DNA of 64,000 nt from Octopus sinensis. Taxonomy: Eukaryota. The notes beneath the pieces were generated by a model. The model was not told the origin of the DNA and searched no databases. It saw nothing but the letters and a program-made list of their open reading frames with translations. The position numbers and the translations under genes are program-made. The stretch's first letter is position 1. The number at the start of each line of letters is the position of its first letter. Where the stretch lies: NCBI RefSeq assembly GCF_006345805.1, contig NC_043006.1:36518001-36582000 (forward strand), given 5' to 3'. Below, piece by piece: positions 52,101-64,000 of this stretch.

Positions 52101-55100
52101 TTTGTTCTTTTAGAACATATTTTCCCCCTTTTTTACTATTCCACAGAACACTTGGCTTGTTTGAAAGTCGTCTCTTCCATTATTTTACACTACTGCATGA
52201 CTGATACTCTGAAGAAAATCATTAATGTCTCAACTTCTCATTTGTATAAATAATCCTTCAAGTATTTGCTTTGATAGGTCATATATGTACAATGAAAGAC
52301 GTGTCTTTAAAGATATTTCAAATTCTGTGATGTGGTTTTGGGGTTTTAATTTCACGTTGAGATTATCTAAGTTCTCTTCTCATTGCTAAAGCATTTGGAA
52401 TATAAGCATCTCACAATTCTTGCATCTCATTTATCCTTTATCAAATTATTCTTTTCTCTTTATGTGGTGCTTTTTCACTCTTTATTTTCATTCAAGATTT
52501 GGGGAACTTTTCGTTTAGTTATTTTCCTTCCTTTATATAAAATTATTTTTTCTTTCTCCACTCTTTTTAATCCGTTTTCTTTTATTCTTTCTTCAGTTCT
52601 TTTTCACTTCTTTTTAAATTCATTTATTCATTATTTTCTTTCAGTAATATTTCCTTTTTTTCCCCCCATCATTTTTTATTTTATCTCATTTGTTTTCACC
52701 ATTATTTCTCTATAATATGGTAGTAATCTGTGTTGCTGCTGTTGTTTAACCCCAGGTCAATCTGATCAAATAGACAAAATATCAAAGGCATTCCAGTTGT
52801 GATCATCCTGTCTTCTATAAAGATATCTTAGACTTCATTTTCCAATGTGTCCTTAACATTATCATGACAAGGTGTTTTAAAAGAAGTTTGGTTGTTATTT
52901 CTTTCTAGGAGGACAAGCAACCATGTTGAACACTATTTCTCAAAGTGGATGTTACCACCTCCAAGGGGTAGTTGGTGTAAAATTTGTGACAGATATTGAA
53001 GACCAGTGGTGGGGTAGGGGTGGGATTGATGCTTTAATATATATTTGTCTCCTTTTTTAATATTTATTTAGCAGAAAATTAAATGTAATATTATGATAAA
53101 TGGCAATCACAACAACAATGACAATAGCAATAACATAGACAACTATAGATTAGATTGTTAAGATAGATTTCAGCTGGTAGCTATGAGGGTATGTATGAAA
53201 CACAAAAAATACATATCTGAATTTGGTCTAAGGTCAAGTGATGAAGTATCAAACTAATAGTTGGGACTAAATTTGGAGAGAGAGAACCACAACAAGGGAA
53301 CATTGTAAAAGTGTTATTAAAAGAAAAGGGGCAGTAGTTAAAAAAGAGAAATGAGAAGCTCTGATGTAGAGGCTCTCTTCTGGCTCATTGTTATGATAGT
53401 TGAGTTGAGTTAAAGCACTGATGCAATTAATTAGACATATTTGATCAACATTGTAACCATAGTGATATCATCTCCATCATAGACAACACACAGCAAACAT
53501 TTTGAACATGAATTCTTTAATCAACCCCCACCCACCAACCTGTTTCCATTTTTAAAGTATAGAGGGAATTCGGAGAGAGTTGTTGTTGAGGTGAGGGAAA
53601 TGTGGAGGAGACTGGCCAAATAAGATTGAGTGTGCTTGATATGAATGACTAATTGACTGTTGTTATTGTTGTAGCCCAAAAAAGGCTAACTAGAAGATAC
53701 AAACATGATATACAAAACTCAGAATACAAAATACAAATTGTAAAGTTATGACATTATGGAAATTGCAAAATACATTCAAATTATCTGTAGTGTGTGTGTG
53801 TGTGTGTGTGTGTATGTGTTTGAAGCCTGAAAAATGAACCAGTTGCTTACTGACAGCAAATGAGAAACTCCAAGTTTCCCCTCATGCTGACTCAACTTCA
53901 AATGATGACACTCTTTACTACCTAACAGTATTGGTTTCAATTTTTGATGCAAGACCACCAATTTCAAAGCAAGAACTAAGTCGAATGCATCAATCCCAGT
54001 GCTCAACTTGTATTTATTTTATCAATCTTGAATTGATGAAATGGAAAGTCGAATCTGGTGGCATTTGAACTCAGAACTACCTAACAGTATTGAGTACTTT
54101 TGTCTTAATTGTGATTCACATCAGTATGAAAAGACAATCATATCTATATGATGATAATTATTTCTTTAATCGCCGCAGGGGGTTAAACATAGAGGGGACA
54201 AACAAGGACAGACAAAGGGATTAAGTTAATTACATCGACCCCAGTGGGTAACTGGTACTTATTTAATCAAGGATGAAAGGCAAAATGATTCTAGCTGACA
54301 GAAATTTTAGCTGGTTGTTTGACTTCTCTAGTTATGCTTAACATCATATAGAAAGAAATAAGAGGAGAGAATTAGTGTAAGAAGTACAAGCTGAATGCTA
54401 TACACTTACACAATGTTAGAGAAAGAATCATAGAGGCAAGAGGAGGAGGAGAGGGAGTAAATAACAGAGTATGGGAAAAGTTATACAGATGACAAATTTG
54501 TTTTATTTAATTTTATTTTAAGGTAATAAGTATTGTGCTTTTCGAAATTTGTTATCATTTTGTAATTTTGTATGAGCACCAAGAAATTTGATAAAAGCTA
54601 AGTTATAATTATTGCATGTATGCAATATTTCCTGGTATTACCCATGGTAGCAAATGTATACTTCCAAAACTACCCATCATATAATGTGTAGCACTCTAGT
54701 GTACATTCACTCATTCACACACATATACAAGCACACATGTACACACACCAGCAGCTGAGACCATCCATCATTATTATTTCAATCCAATTATCTACCATAA
54801 TAATTTCCATATTGAAGTTTGGAGAAGAAAAAAAATTAAGAAATAATATCAAATAAAATAAAGTGCCATTCTATCTAAGAAGGAGTGTCTCTAATATTTC
54901 TCATTTATTTAAAATGTGAGGAAGCCTCTATGAATTGAATGCATCACTTCTTTTTATGTTCCTGAATCTTCCCCCTCCTTCCCTATTATCACCATTGTTG
55001 TCACCGCCACTGTTGCAGCTATTTCTGTTGTTCCTACATTTTGGCCAGATACCACTACCACCTATAACACCAAAACCTAAACTGCTATCACATTCACCAT

Positions 55101-56539
55101 CAACATCATGATTCCCATCATCAGCAGCCAATCATGATGATGGCTATTTTTACCATCATTATAAAGACAAGCGTCCCCACCACCACTAATATATTAATCA
55201 TTGTTTTCACACCATTATATATAGTTATCATCATCACTCTCAGAATTAACATTATTGTTATCACTATCATCACTTACACCACCACCACCACCATCATTGT
55301 CATCATTTCCACCACCACCATCACCATCATCATTTGCACCACTACCACCACCAGTGGTGCTCTCCATTGTTACTTTCATCAACACTACTCCACCACCACC
55401 ACCACTCTCCTTAATTTCTTGTTACCATTTATTATCTGTCAAGTTTTTTGATGCAAGTCAATAAATGGAAAAAAAAAGTTGTAAATAAAACAAAATTCTG
55501 TGTGAAAAGCAAAAAATTAATAAATAAAATTTAGAAACATGAATTAAATGTCAACAAAATAGTAACCATCATTATCATCACCACCAACAGCACCACTACA
55601 CACAATGTTATGAATATACTGTGCATGTAACATATACAGGTAAAATGCACAAAGGAGTGTTTATTTCTCAACCATATTGTTTAAGGTTCAGTTCTATTGC
55701 ATGGTACCATAGGTGAGTGTTTTCTACTGTAGCTCCAGGCCAGCTAAAGCCTTCTGAGTGGATTTAGTAGATGGAAATTGAAAGAACCCTTTTGTATATG
55801 TGTGTATCTCCTTATCTTGACTTCATGCAAGAATTGTGAATGATCATCACTATGTGTGTGTGTGTGTAGTATAAAAAGAGAAAGCAGTGAAAAGATAAAG
55901 AGGCAAAGAAAGACATGAAATCAAAGGGTGACGGGGAGATAGAGAGTATAGGTTGTTTGGTGGTAGTGGTTTTGGTAAAAGTAGTGGCTATGTTCTTACA
56001 GTGGTAATCCTGGTGTTGGTGTCATTATTATTGGTTGTGGTCATTGTGATGGTGACTATAGTAGTACTAGGAGTGATTGATGGTAGTTGCCTGCTGACTT
56101 AGCTATTGAGAACTTTAAACGAGCATATATCTGGGAAAATACACAGCATATGTGGTTCAATTAATTTTGAAAGAAATCATAAATATAATTAACTTTTTAA
56201 TTATTAATTAGATTTTGGAATGTACTTTAAAACAGTCAGTTTTGTATTATGGAACCAGAGATAGTCTCTGACAGGTTTGTATTAAAATGATTAAATGATA
56301 TGACAGTTACTTTTTCTGTTTCACATGCTGAACTGAATCCAGCCTTAGAACAGCAGACCATTTGCAGTTCAAATCAGCTCAGCTCACTTCAGATCAGTTC
56401 AAAGCCACCGTCTTAACCGTCATGTCATTCAGCATTTAAATCTTGAAGAGATTATATAAATGTAACATGAGCACCAAATATTGAATCATTATTTTGACAT
56501 AGCTAAATCTAAACTCTTTCGGAATGAAAATGATCTGTC

Positions 56540-56770
56540 AAGTTGGTGTCCAGTCCTCATCTCTAGTATTTTGCAGTATTACACAGCCAGGATCTGTATC
56601 TTCCTCTTGACAGGATCACTGATCAGTCTCACTGCTCTATGATGTATTGAACTCAACATTGCAGGTCTAGTATTAGGTGATATACCAAATTGCCCACTCC
56701 CGTTGAACACCACCATTAACTGTGTTTGGCTGCTAACAGCAGAATGTGCTCTATTACAAATTTTCAAATT
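56540..56770 (-). mobile_element. Decayed CR1-like LINE fragment
   Basis: AMLSSIHHRAVRLISDP resembles the CR1 'LD-x-IQRRAVRLI-x-DP' motif. Confidence 0.5.
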
Positions 56771-57280
56771 TTAATTTTTTCACAATTAATAGATTTTTTC
56801 TTTTTATTAACAACATACTTTTACTGGAAGAAAAGAACAAAAGAAAAATCTCATAACTACCTCACCAAGGAAAAATAAGAAAAAAGGAGGGGTGGTTAAA
56901 CAACATAGATATGGGTGAGATAGACAGTGTACCACTTTCCTCCTTAGCCACATTTTCTTGCAGACTGTAATCTACATGCATTCAGATTAGTTATTGCCAC
57001 ATCAGCTTCACCAGTCTGAGGGTGTCTGAAAGTATATCTACTGTCCTGCCTCCCCTGATATTATCAAAATAAAAAATGCAAATAAAGTATTTGTTATGCC
57101 ACAGTGCCACCACTGTCAACAGCAGCAAACTATATTACTACTCTAAAGTACCTACTTGGAAACTGAAGATTAGATGATTTAAGGTCTTGGTCACAGTTGC
57201 AATGCAATAGCAGTGTGAATAGAAATCAAGTGCTCCCAATATGAAATTGAAACAAATCATAGATTTGTGCATGTAATGTG

Positions 57281-57647
57281 GCACTCCGTCAGTTATGACA
57301 ATGAGGGCTCCAGTTAATTCAATCAACAGAACAGCCTGCTCATGAAATTAACATGCAAGTGGCTGAGCATTCCACAGACACGTGTACCCTTAATGTAGTT
57401 CTCAGAGAGATTCAGCATGACACAGTGTGACAATGCTGGCCCTTTGAAATACAGGTACAACAGAAACTGGAAGAAAGAGTGAGAGAAAGTTGTGGAGAAA
57501 GAGTACAGTAGGGTTCACCACCACACCTTGCCAGTCTCGTGGATCTTTAAGTGTTTTCACTCAATAAACACTAACAATGCCCGGTCTGGGAATCAAAACT
57601 GCAGTCCTATGACCATGAGTCCACTGCCCTAACCACTGGGCCATTGC
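57281..57647 (-). mobile_element. tRNA(Arg)-like SINE, older copy
   Basis: Colinear with 61655-62032, with many CpG changed to TpG/CpA. Confidence 0.85.
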
Positions 57648-58667
57648 ACCACCGCTTTGTGAATATACATAGAAATTCAAACATTATATAGCCATGATCT
57701 GTCAGCTGTATACAGTTCAGCTCTCAGTTGAGACTGTCTAGGAACCTAATGACTCACTTATCTTTTTTTGTAACAAAATAGGTTACTTCTTTTAAAATTA
57801 TAATTTTGCAGACCATTAATTAACCTTATATTTACAGGATATTCACAATATTTGCATCTACTCTATATTTCAATCAACCAATCTCCAATCATCATCATCA
57901 TCTTCAGGTGTCTTATTTTTGGCTATGTACGTGTGGCATGGACAGAGTAGATAAGGATATTACAACTCATAGTTATCAAATAAAGATTTCTAGTTCGAGT
58001 TGATAGTTTGGCAGGGGTGGAGGGGAGGCTGCACCTCCTCCTTTATGCTTTATACCCCTTTGTGAAGCATGATATAGCAGCAAAGACCAGCAGTGGATAG
58101 TTGTAGAACTCATAACTCAAAACAGTGCAGAAGCTGATTTGTATATCGTGTAACACTTTCAGATTTGTGCTTCACTCTCTTTGAGATGTGTGTGTGCGTG
58201 TGTGTGCATGTGTGTATGTGTGTGTCTTTACTGTTTCATAGATTTGGTTTATTACATGTGTGCAGACAAACACACACACTTTTATAAATATATGCATAGA
58301 CTCTTATGCACAAGCGAATATGCACATACCTTTGCTAAATAAAAATATAAGAACTTACACATTCTCTCTCTTTCTGTCATTCACACACACACACACAAAC
58401 AAACAAACAAACAAACAAACAAACAAACAAACAAACTTGTTATTTTTTTCCTCCTGAAAAGAATATTTTAGTTAATGAAAAGAAGTCTTTTTTTTGTCTT
58501 GGATCCTTTTCAATGGAAAATCAGTTTTCAAAAGTCCTGGCACCATTCTGTTTCATTATCAAAGATGATAGCATAGAACTCTGGAAGAATTCTAGTTGTA
58601 GCTTATGTATATTGCATTTATGCAATATTTCATATATATATTATATATATATATATATATTATATAT

Positions 58668-58710
<43 letters not shown>

Positions 58711-59399
58711 TATATATATGTATGTATATATTCACACATTCATATGTGTGTGTGTGTAAGAAAGTAACAATCTAGAATAATAGTACAGGGAGTAGAAAAC
58801 ATCTTATGAATACCTTGTAATTATCTGTTGCCTATAGCTACAGGTATCCAGATCAATTTCTAAAGAAGTCTTTCAATAATCAATGCATATCTATACACAT
58901 ACATGTACAAAGATGTATATATATATATATATATGCATGCACACACACACAGGGGGAGAGAGAGAGATAAGCTCCCACACTCAACCAGATGCACTTACAT
59001 GTATATATATGTATATACTCACTCACATTTATGCAGTCATGCATGCATGCATACACACCTCTATGTATGTATTTGTATATATTTGTGTGTATATAAATTA
59101 GCTTTAGAGAGAAACTTCAGCTTCAAATATATTAATGTACTCTACTATATGCATTGAGTACTATTTATCATCTCTAAATTTAAAATGTGTGTGTGGGGTG
59201 GGGTCTATTCACATTCACACACTCAGTCTTGACACATACATTGATATGTATATGAATATTTATGTATCTGCAGATGTCAGTAAATCTCTTCAAACTCATA
59301 AAATCAGAACAAAGCATTAGCCCTGTAAATCATGAAATGGATGAAAGCTGGTCATATCCTGGGATAAAATGCCAGCCTCTTTTGCATTGACTTTCTCAA

Positions 59400-59745
59400 A
59401 TGTTCAAGTGGAACCTGCTCCTCACTTGCAGACACAAATCCAAATAGGTGAACTAAATCACTATTCAAAACTTGTCTAGGCCCCAAATCGATACTGAAGT
59501 TATTCAGTAGCACAGTTCTGCCTTGGCCTACAGATGTGTTGCCTCCTCAGTATACCTTCTCTTCTATTACTATATTGGCCTCTGTTCCTTCAAACTGGCT
59601 GATCTTGTGCCACCCACTCTCCAATACCCACAACTCACTCATTTGTCATCTTGTTAACTTGTTTTTCTCCCTTCCCCATACTCCATACTAATTCCTACAC
59701 TTGGTTATCCATCATCAGAACATTGAACCTCTGAAATTTCCTTGG
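59400..59745 (+). mobile_element. Decayed CR1-like LINE 3' region
   Basis: AYRCVASSVYLLFYYYIGLCSFKLADLVPP matches the CR1 C-terminal pattern also seen at about 11000. Confidence 0.55.
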
Positions 59746-60379
59746 ATATTTTTTTTCTAGCAAAGGGTAACATTAATTGTTGATCTCATTGGTCTCTGCT
59801 TACAAAGGTGATGAGCATAGCTTGTTCTCCCAAATCAAGCCATTAAAAGAGGCATTCCAGTTATGTCCATGGTTTTTTTTGGGTTTTTTTGTGATGTTGT
59901 ATACGTAATCCTAAATTACATTATTCATTGTGGGCTTTGTTTAATATTGTAGTGTGTATGGTTTAAGAGAGATTTGACAATTTCTAACAGTTTGAGTAAT
60001 AACCTCATTACCTCATGTCACATGGTTGTAAAAGGCTAACTGTAATGTGTAGTTTCCCATAATATGGACCTTAATTTGTCATTTGAAGAATACTTCCATA
60101 AACGTACACTCTCTCTCCTTCTCTCCCAACACATGTACACACACACACACACACACACACTACAGGGTTTACAGAATCTAAAGTTTTGTCTCAGTACTTA
60201 GATTTCATGCCCCTGCAATTGTGAGGAGAGAACTGTTACAAATCAGTTTGGCTGTTTATATATTTATATTAAATGATATGGTCTCATGTCTATGTTTGTT
60301 CCATTGGCTTGCATTTTTGCATTTACTCATTGGTTGGCTGTTATTCTTCTGCTTCTACATTGTTTTTTTTTTCATTTGA

Positions 60380-60913
60380 TGAGGGGATTTGTTGGTCACT
60401 CGCTCAACTGCACCCCACACATAATAAACAATAGGGTTGAAGCCTGAGGAGTTAGGTGACCAGATGTTAGGGGTGATGTGGTCGCAGAAATTGTCTCACA
60501 GCCGTGACTGGGTTCTCCTACTTGTGTGGCATGGTGCAGAGTCCTGTTGCCAGACATAGTCTTCTAGCAGCCAACCTCTTGACCCAGGGCAGCACTATTT
60601 CCTCCAAATGCCATGATGTTGACTGGATATTTGATTTTTATCACTCTCAGTACATGCCCTCAGATTACATTGTCCTGAGATTGACACCCAAACACCCTGA
60701 AATGTTCTTATTGGAGCTTCTGACATGAATACCAAGCAGTACAGCATCTCATTTCCAAATTTCTGGCAGATTGAATTGTGTCATCGTGCTGTTTTTCTCA
60801 CAGACAGTGCCCAACTGGCCCTACTATGCTGCATAGTCAACAAAATCAAAAACAAAAAATGTGCATGCACGAAAATAAAAAATATATAATGGCGACAATT
60901 TACCCATCCCACC

Positions 60914-60916
<3 letters not shown>
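60380..60916 (-). mobile_element. Tc1/mariner non-autonomous copy, same family as 9841-10515
   Basis: 5' TIR TA|cagggtgggatgggtaaattgtcgcc, then the same transposase N-terminus and W-x-PNS...NPIVYYVWGAVER segment. Confidence 0.8.
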
Positions 60917-60970
<54 letters not shown>

Positions 60971-61045
60971 GTACACACACACACACATTATTTATATATA
61001 TATATGTATTTTTTTTTCATTTCCCTTTCTTCTTGTATCTTTCAG

Positions 61046-61112
61046 GGAACTGCTGTCAAAGGATATTGTTGTCAAACAATACATGAACAAGAATCAACAA
61101 ATCATTTTAAGA
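61046..61112 (+). CDS. ADAM prodomain exon C (phase 2 to 0)
   Basis: Long polypyrimidine acceptor ttccctttcttcttgtatctttcag|G and donor AGA|gtaagt. 67 nt; AA+G gives K, then ELLSKDIVVKQYMNKNQQIILR, continuing the LN-x-x-LL propeptide motif. Confidence 0.85.
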
Positions 61113-61654
61113 GTAAGTCATTCCAGAATTTTTTTTATTTATGTTGAATTAGCAGAATTGTGAGAGCATCAGAAAAATACCTTGTGGTATTTCTTCTAGT
61201 TCTTTACGTTCTGCTCCCACCAAGGTCAATTTCATTTTTCATCCTAATATAAAGTACCAGATAGGTACTGTGGACTGAGTCCCTTCCCTCAAAATTGATG
61301 GTCCTATAGCTAAATAAGAAACTGCACACACACACATTTATGTGACAGGCGTATGTCTACCATATTTCACTCCCTCGGTATTGGTTAGCTTGGGGCTATG
61401 GTGCTGTTGCAGAAGACACCATGTGATTTCAAAGTGAGCTTCTTAGCCTCACAGTTATGTCTGCACCTATGTACACCATTCTACAACTACCTTAGTGACT
61501 TCATCATCATTGCTTTAGCAAATATTTTGAAGTCTATGTTCCACTGAATAGGTTACATAACACCAAAAAATTCTAGAGTTTTCTCTTGTTAAGATAATTA
61601 TGAATTAATGTTGTCTTTTTCTCAACACATAAATTTTTCTAATTAGATTATAGT

Positions 61655-62032
61655 GGAAACACTCTGTCGGTTACGACGAGGAGGGTTTCGGTTGATCCGA
61701 ATCAACGGAACAGCCTGCTCGTGAAATTAACATGTAAGTGGCTGAGCACTCCACAGACACATGTAACCTTAACGTAGTTCTCGGGGATATTCAGCGTGAC
61801 ACAGAGAGTGACAAGGCCGGCCCTTTGAAGTACAGGTACAACAGAAATAGGAAGTAAGAGTGAGAGAAAGTTGTGGTGAAAGAGTACAGCAGGAATCACC
61901 ACCATCCCCTGCCAGAGCCTCGTGGAGCTTTTAGGTGTTTTCGCTCAATAAACACTCACAACGCCCGGTCTGGGAATCGAAACCGCGATCCTATGACCGC
62001 GAGTCCGCTGCCCTAACCACTGGGCCATTGCG
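61655..62032 (-). mobile_element. Young, full-length tRNA(Arg)-like SINE
   Basis: Minus head cgcaatggcccagtggttagggcagcggactcgcggtcataggatcgcggtttcgattccc (A and B boxes, tRNA-Arg-like), CpG-rich body, and 3' end ...cctcctcgtcgtaaccgacagagtg. Confidence 0.88.
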
Positions 62033-62540
62033 GATTATAATGCTTGCCACATTAAGCATTTCAGCATAAATTTAAATATATTAATTTAATTTTAGTCTCA
62101 CAGTCTTACTCTACAAACTTGTTGCTTTATGTGATTGTGAGAATTCATTAATGTTGATGATGATTAGCGGGAGGCAACAGTTGTGATGGGGGTGGATGTT
62201 TTTGTTTTTTTTAGATTCTTTGTTAAATGTTATTTTACCTTTGCTGCAACAAGTTATTCTCCAAATTACATTTTGCATATTCAAATGCTCCCTTAAGTAA
62301 AACCTAGAGGCACACGGCTTGAAATTTAGTGGAAGGAACTAGTCAATTATCAAAACCCCAGTGTTCTACTGGTATTTATTTTATCGACCACAAAAAGATG
62401 AAAGCAAAGTCAACTTCAGTGGCTATTGACCTCAGAGCATAAAGCTCAAAGAAATGCCACTTAGCATTTTGTCTTGCATGCTAACAATTTTACCAGTTTG
62501 CCACCTTAAAAATAATAGTAGTAGTAATAATAATAATAAT

Positions 62541-63178
62541 AGAGCAGCACAATATATTCACTGGGTAATTTGCTCCATGATAAAAACTGGTGAGAACACA
62601 AACCATCTCCAATGCTTGAAAATGATCGCATCTCACTCCTCTGGAACTTTACCATTCAAACTGATAGAAAGATAGATGTGAATAGGCCAGACATTGAAAG
62701 ACTTCAGAGAAAAATCATGCCTCCTCATTTATATGACTGTCCCAATCGACATAAATGTATCTATCAAGACCTATCAAAAAACTGAGCAAGTATAAAGATC
62801 TTGAAATAGAAATTGGCAAAATGTGGAACCTCAAAGCTAAAACAATACCTGTTATCATAGGTGCCTAAGGAATGATAGCAAAAGGGGCTGATTGCTACCT
62901 AGCTCAGATACCAGGAAACCCCAAAATGGCAGAAATTCAAAAGATAGTGCTTATGGGAACTGCCCATATCCTACATAAAATACCGTCTATGTAATTTCAA
63001 ATTTTAAAACAGCCTCATAATTTTCTTATGTATTCTTAAGTATTCTCTAGAACCATACTATGTGCAAAAATATATGGCACCCTAGGCATAACACCAACAT
63101 GAACTTCTAACTTGTCTCTTGAGGTCTCTGGGTGAGACTCGGAGCCAACTTGTACAAATAAAAATCAAAAGTCAAACA
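62541..63178 (+). mobile_element. 5'-truncated R4/Dong-clade non-LTR retrotransposon (restriction-like endonuclease C-terminus plus 3' UTR)
   Basis: EHKPSPMLENDRISLLWNFTIQTDRKIDVNRPDI..SCLLIYMTVPIDINVSIKTYQKLSKYKDLEIEIGKMWNLKAKTIPVIIGA*GMI...GTAHILHKIPSM* (stop at 62992-62994); flanked on both sides by (TAA)n. Confidence 0.88.
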
Positions 63179-63689
63179 TATAATAATAATAATAGTTTCA
63201 AATTTTGCCACAAGGGCAGCAATTTTGTGGGATGAGATTACATCGACCCCAGTGTTCAACTGGTACTTATTTTATCAACCCTGAAAGGATGAAAGGCAAA
63301 GTTGGCTTTGACAGAATTTGAACTTGGAATGTAGTAACAAGCGAAATACCAGTAATTATTTTTTCCAGCATGTTAACAATTCTACTGGCTTGCTGTCATA
63401 TTAATTATAAAAATAGATGCTTTATCTAGAACAAGAACAACTTTCTAATTATTTCTCTTCAAAAAAAAAAAAAACTAAAAGAAAGAGAGAAAAAGTACTA
63501 ACTTCAGCACATTATAACACCATTTAGTATAAAGGATTTGGAATGTGATCAAAGAGAAGCCAACTAATTTCTTACAAAAGAAGAGAAGAAAGAGCTTCCA
63601 CTCTAAGAAATTATTATGCTAATCTGTGTAAATTTGTTTATATTTTCATGAAAACATTTCTATTTGTTTTTTTGTTAATGTTGTTTCAG

Positions 63690-63772
63690 AATGTCGAGCA
63701 CTGTTATTACCATGGCAAGGTCAAACGAGATGAATGGTCAAGTGTTGCAGTCAGCACATGTAATGGGATCAG
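63690..63772 (+). CDS. ADAM prodomain exon D (phase 0 to 2) carrying the HCYYHG...STCNG signature
   Basis: Acceptor tttttttgttaatgttgtttcag| and donor CAG|gtaaga. 83 nt, NVEHCYYHGKVKRDEWSSVAVSTCNGI+AG, the diagnostic ADAM propeptide motif HCYY-x-G...S-x-VA-x-STC-x-G. Confidence 0.93.
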
Positions 63773-64000
63773 GTAAGAAAACTCTTCAATGTCTATCTAT
63801 CAGCCGGTCTTTCTTTCTGTTTGTCTATCTATCAATCAATCAATCATCATCATCGTCATTTGATATCCAATTCCAGTGCTGACATGGTTTGGACTGTTTT
63901 GACAGGATCCAGTAAACACCTAGGTCATCTTTGGCATGGTTTCTATGACTGGATGCCACTAATGAGATCACAAAGTAACTTGCAAGCCAGGAAAAGGAAA

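Noticed and set aside
61960-62032. tRNA gene
   Set aside because: It has A/B boxes but no complete cloverleaf, and it continues into a SINE body shared with 57281-57647; it is a SINE head. The same applies to the other tRNA-like heads.

Overview
AT-rich eukaryotic DNA, full of microsatellites and transposable elements (TEs). The SINE repertoire points to a cephalopod, most likely Octopus (inference). Almost the whole window is intronic sequence of one plus-strand gene. Four phase-compatible GT-AG exons (656-816, 11560-11642, 61046-61112, 63690-63772) splice into an ADAM-family (M12B/reprolysin) prodomain ending ...NVEHCYYHGKVKRDEWSSVAVSTCNGI. The introns are 10.7, 49.4 and 2.6 kb; the start codon/signal peptide and the catalytic domain lie outside the window. 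The introns hold tRNA-derived SINEs, RTE, CR1-like, L1/Tx1-like and R4/Dong LINE remnants, Tc1/mariner, piggyBac-like, hAT-like and Helentron-like non-autonomous elements, and many fold-back hairpins. The most unusual signals are: (i) a tRNA-headed element ending in a near-intact minimal hammerhead ribozyme, plus three more decayed hammerhead-like motifs; (ii) several near-perfect fold-back palindromes; (iii) an R4/Dong element inserted in the (TAA)n tail of a SINE. No rRNA, true tRNA gene, CRISPR array or prokaryotic gene is supported. Everything was read by eye, so repeat boundaries are approximate (about +/-10-20 nt) and family names need database confirmation.
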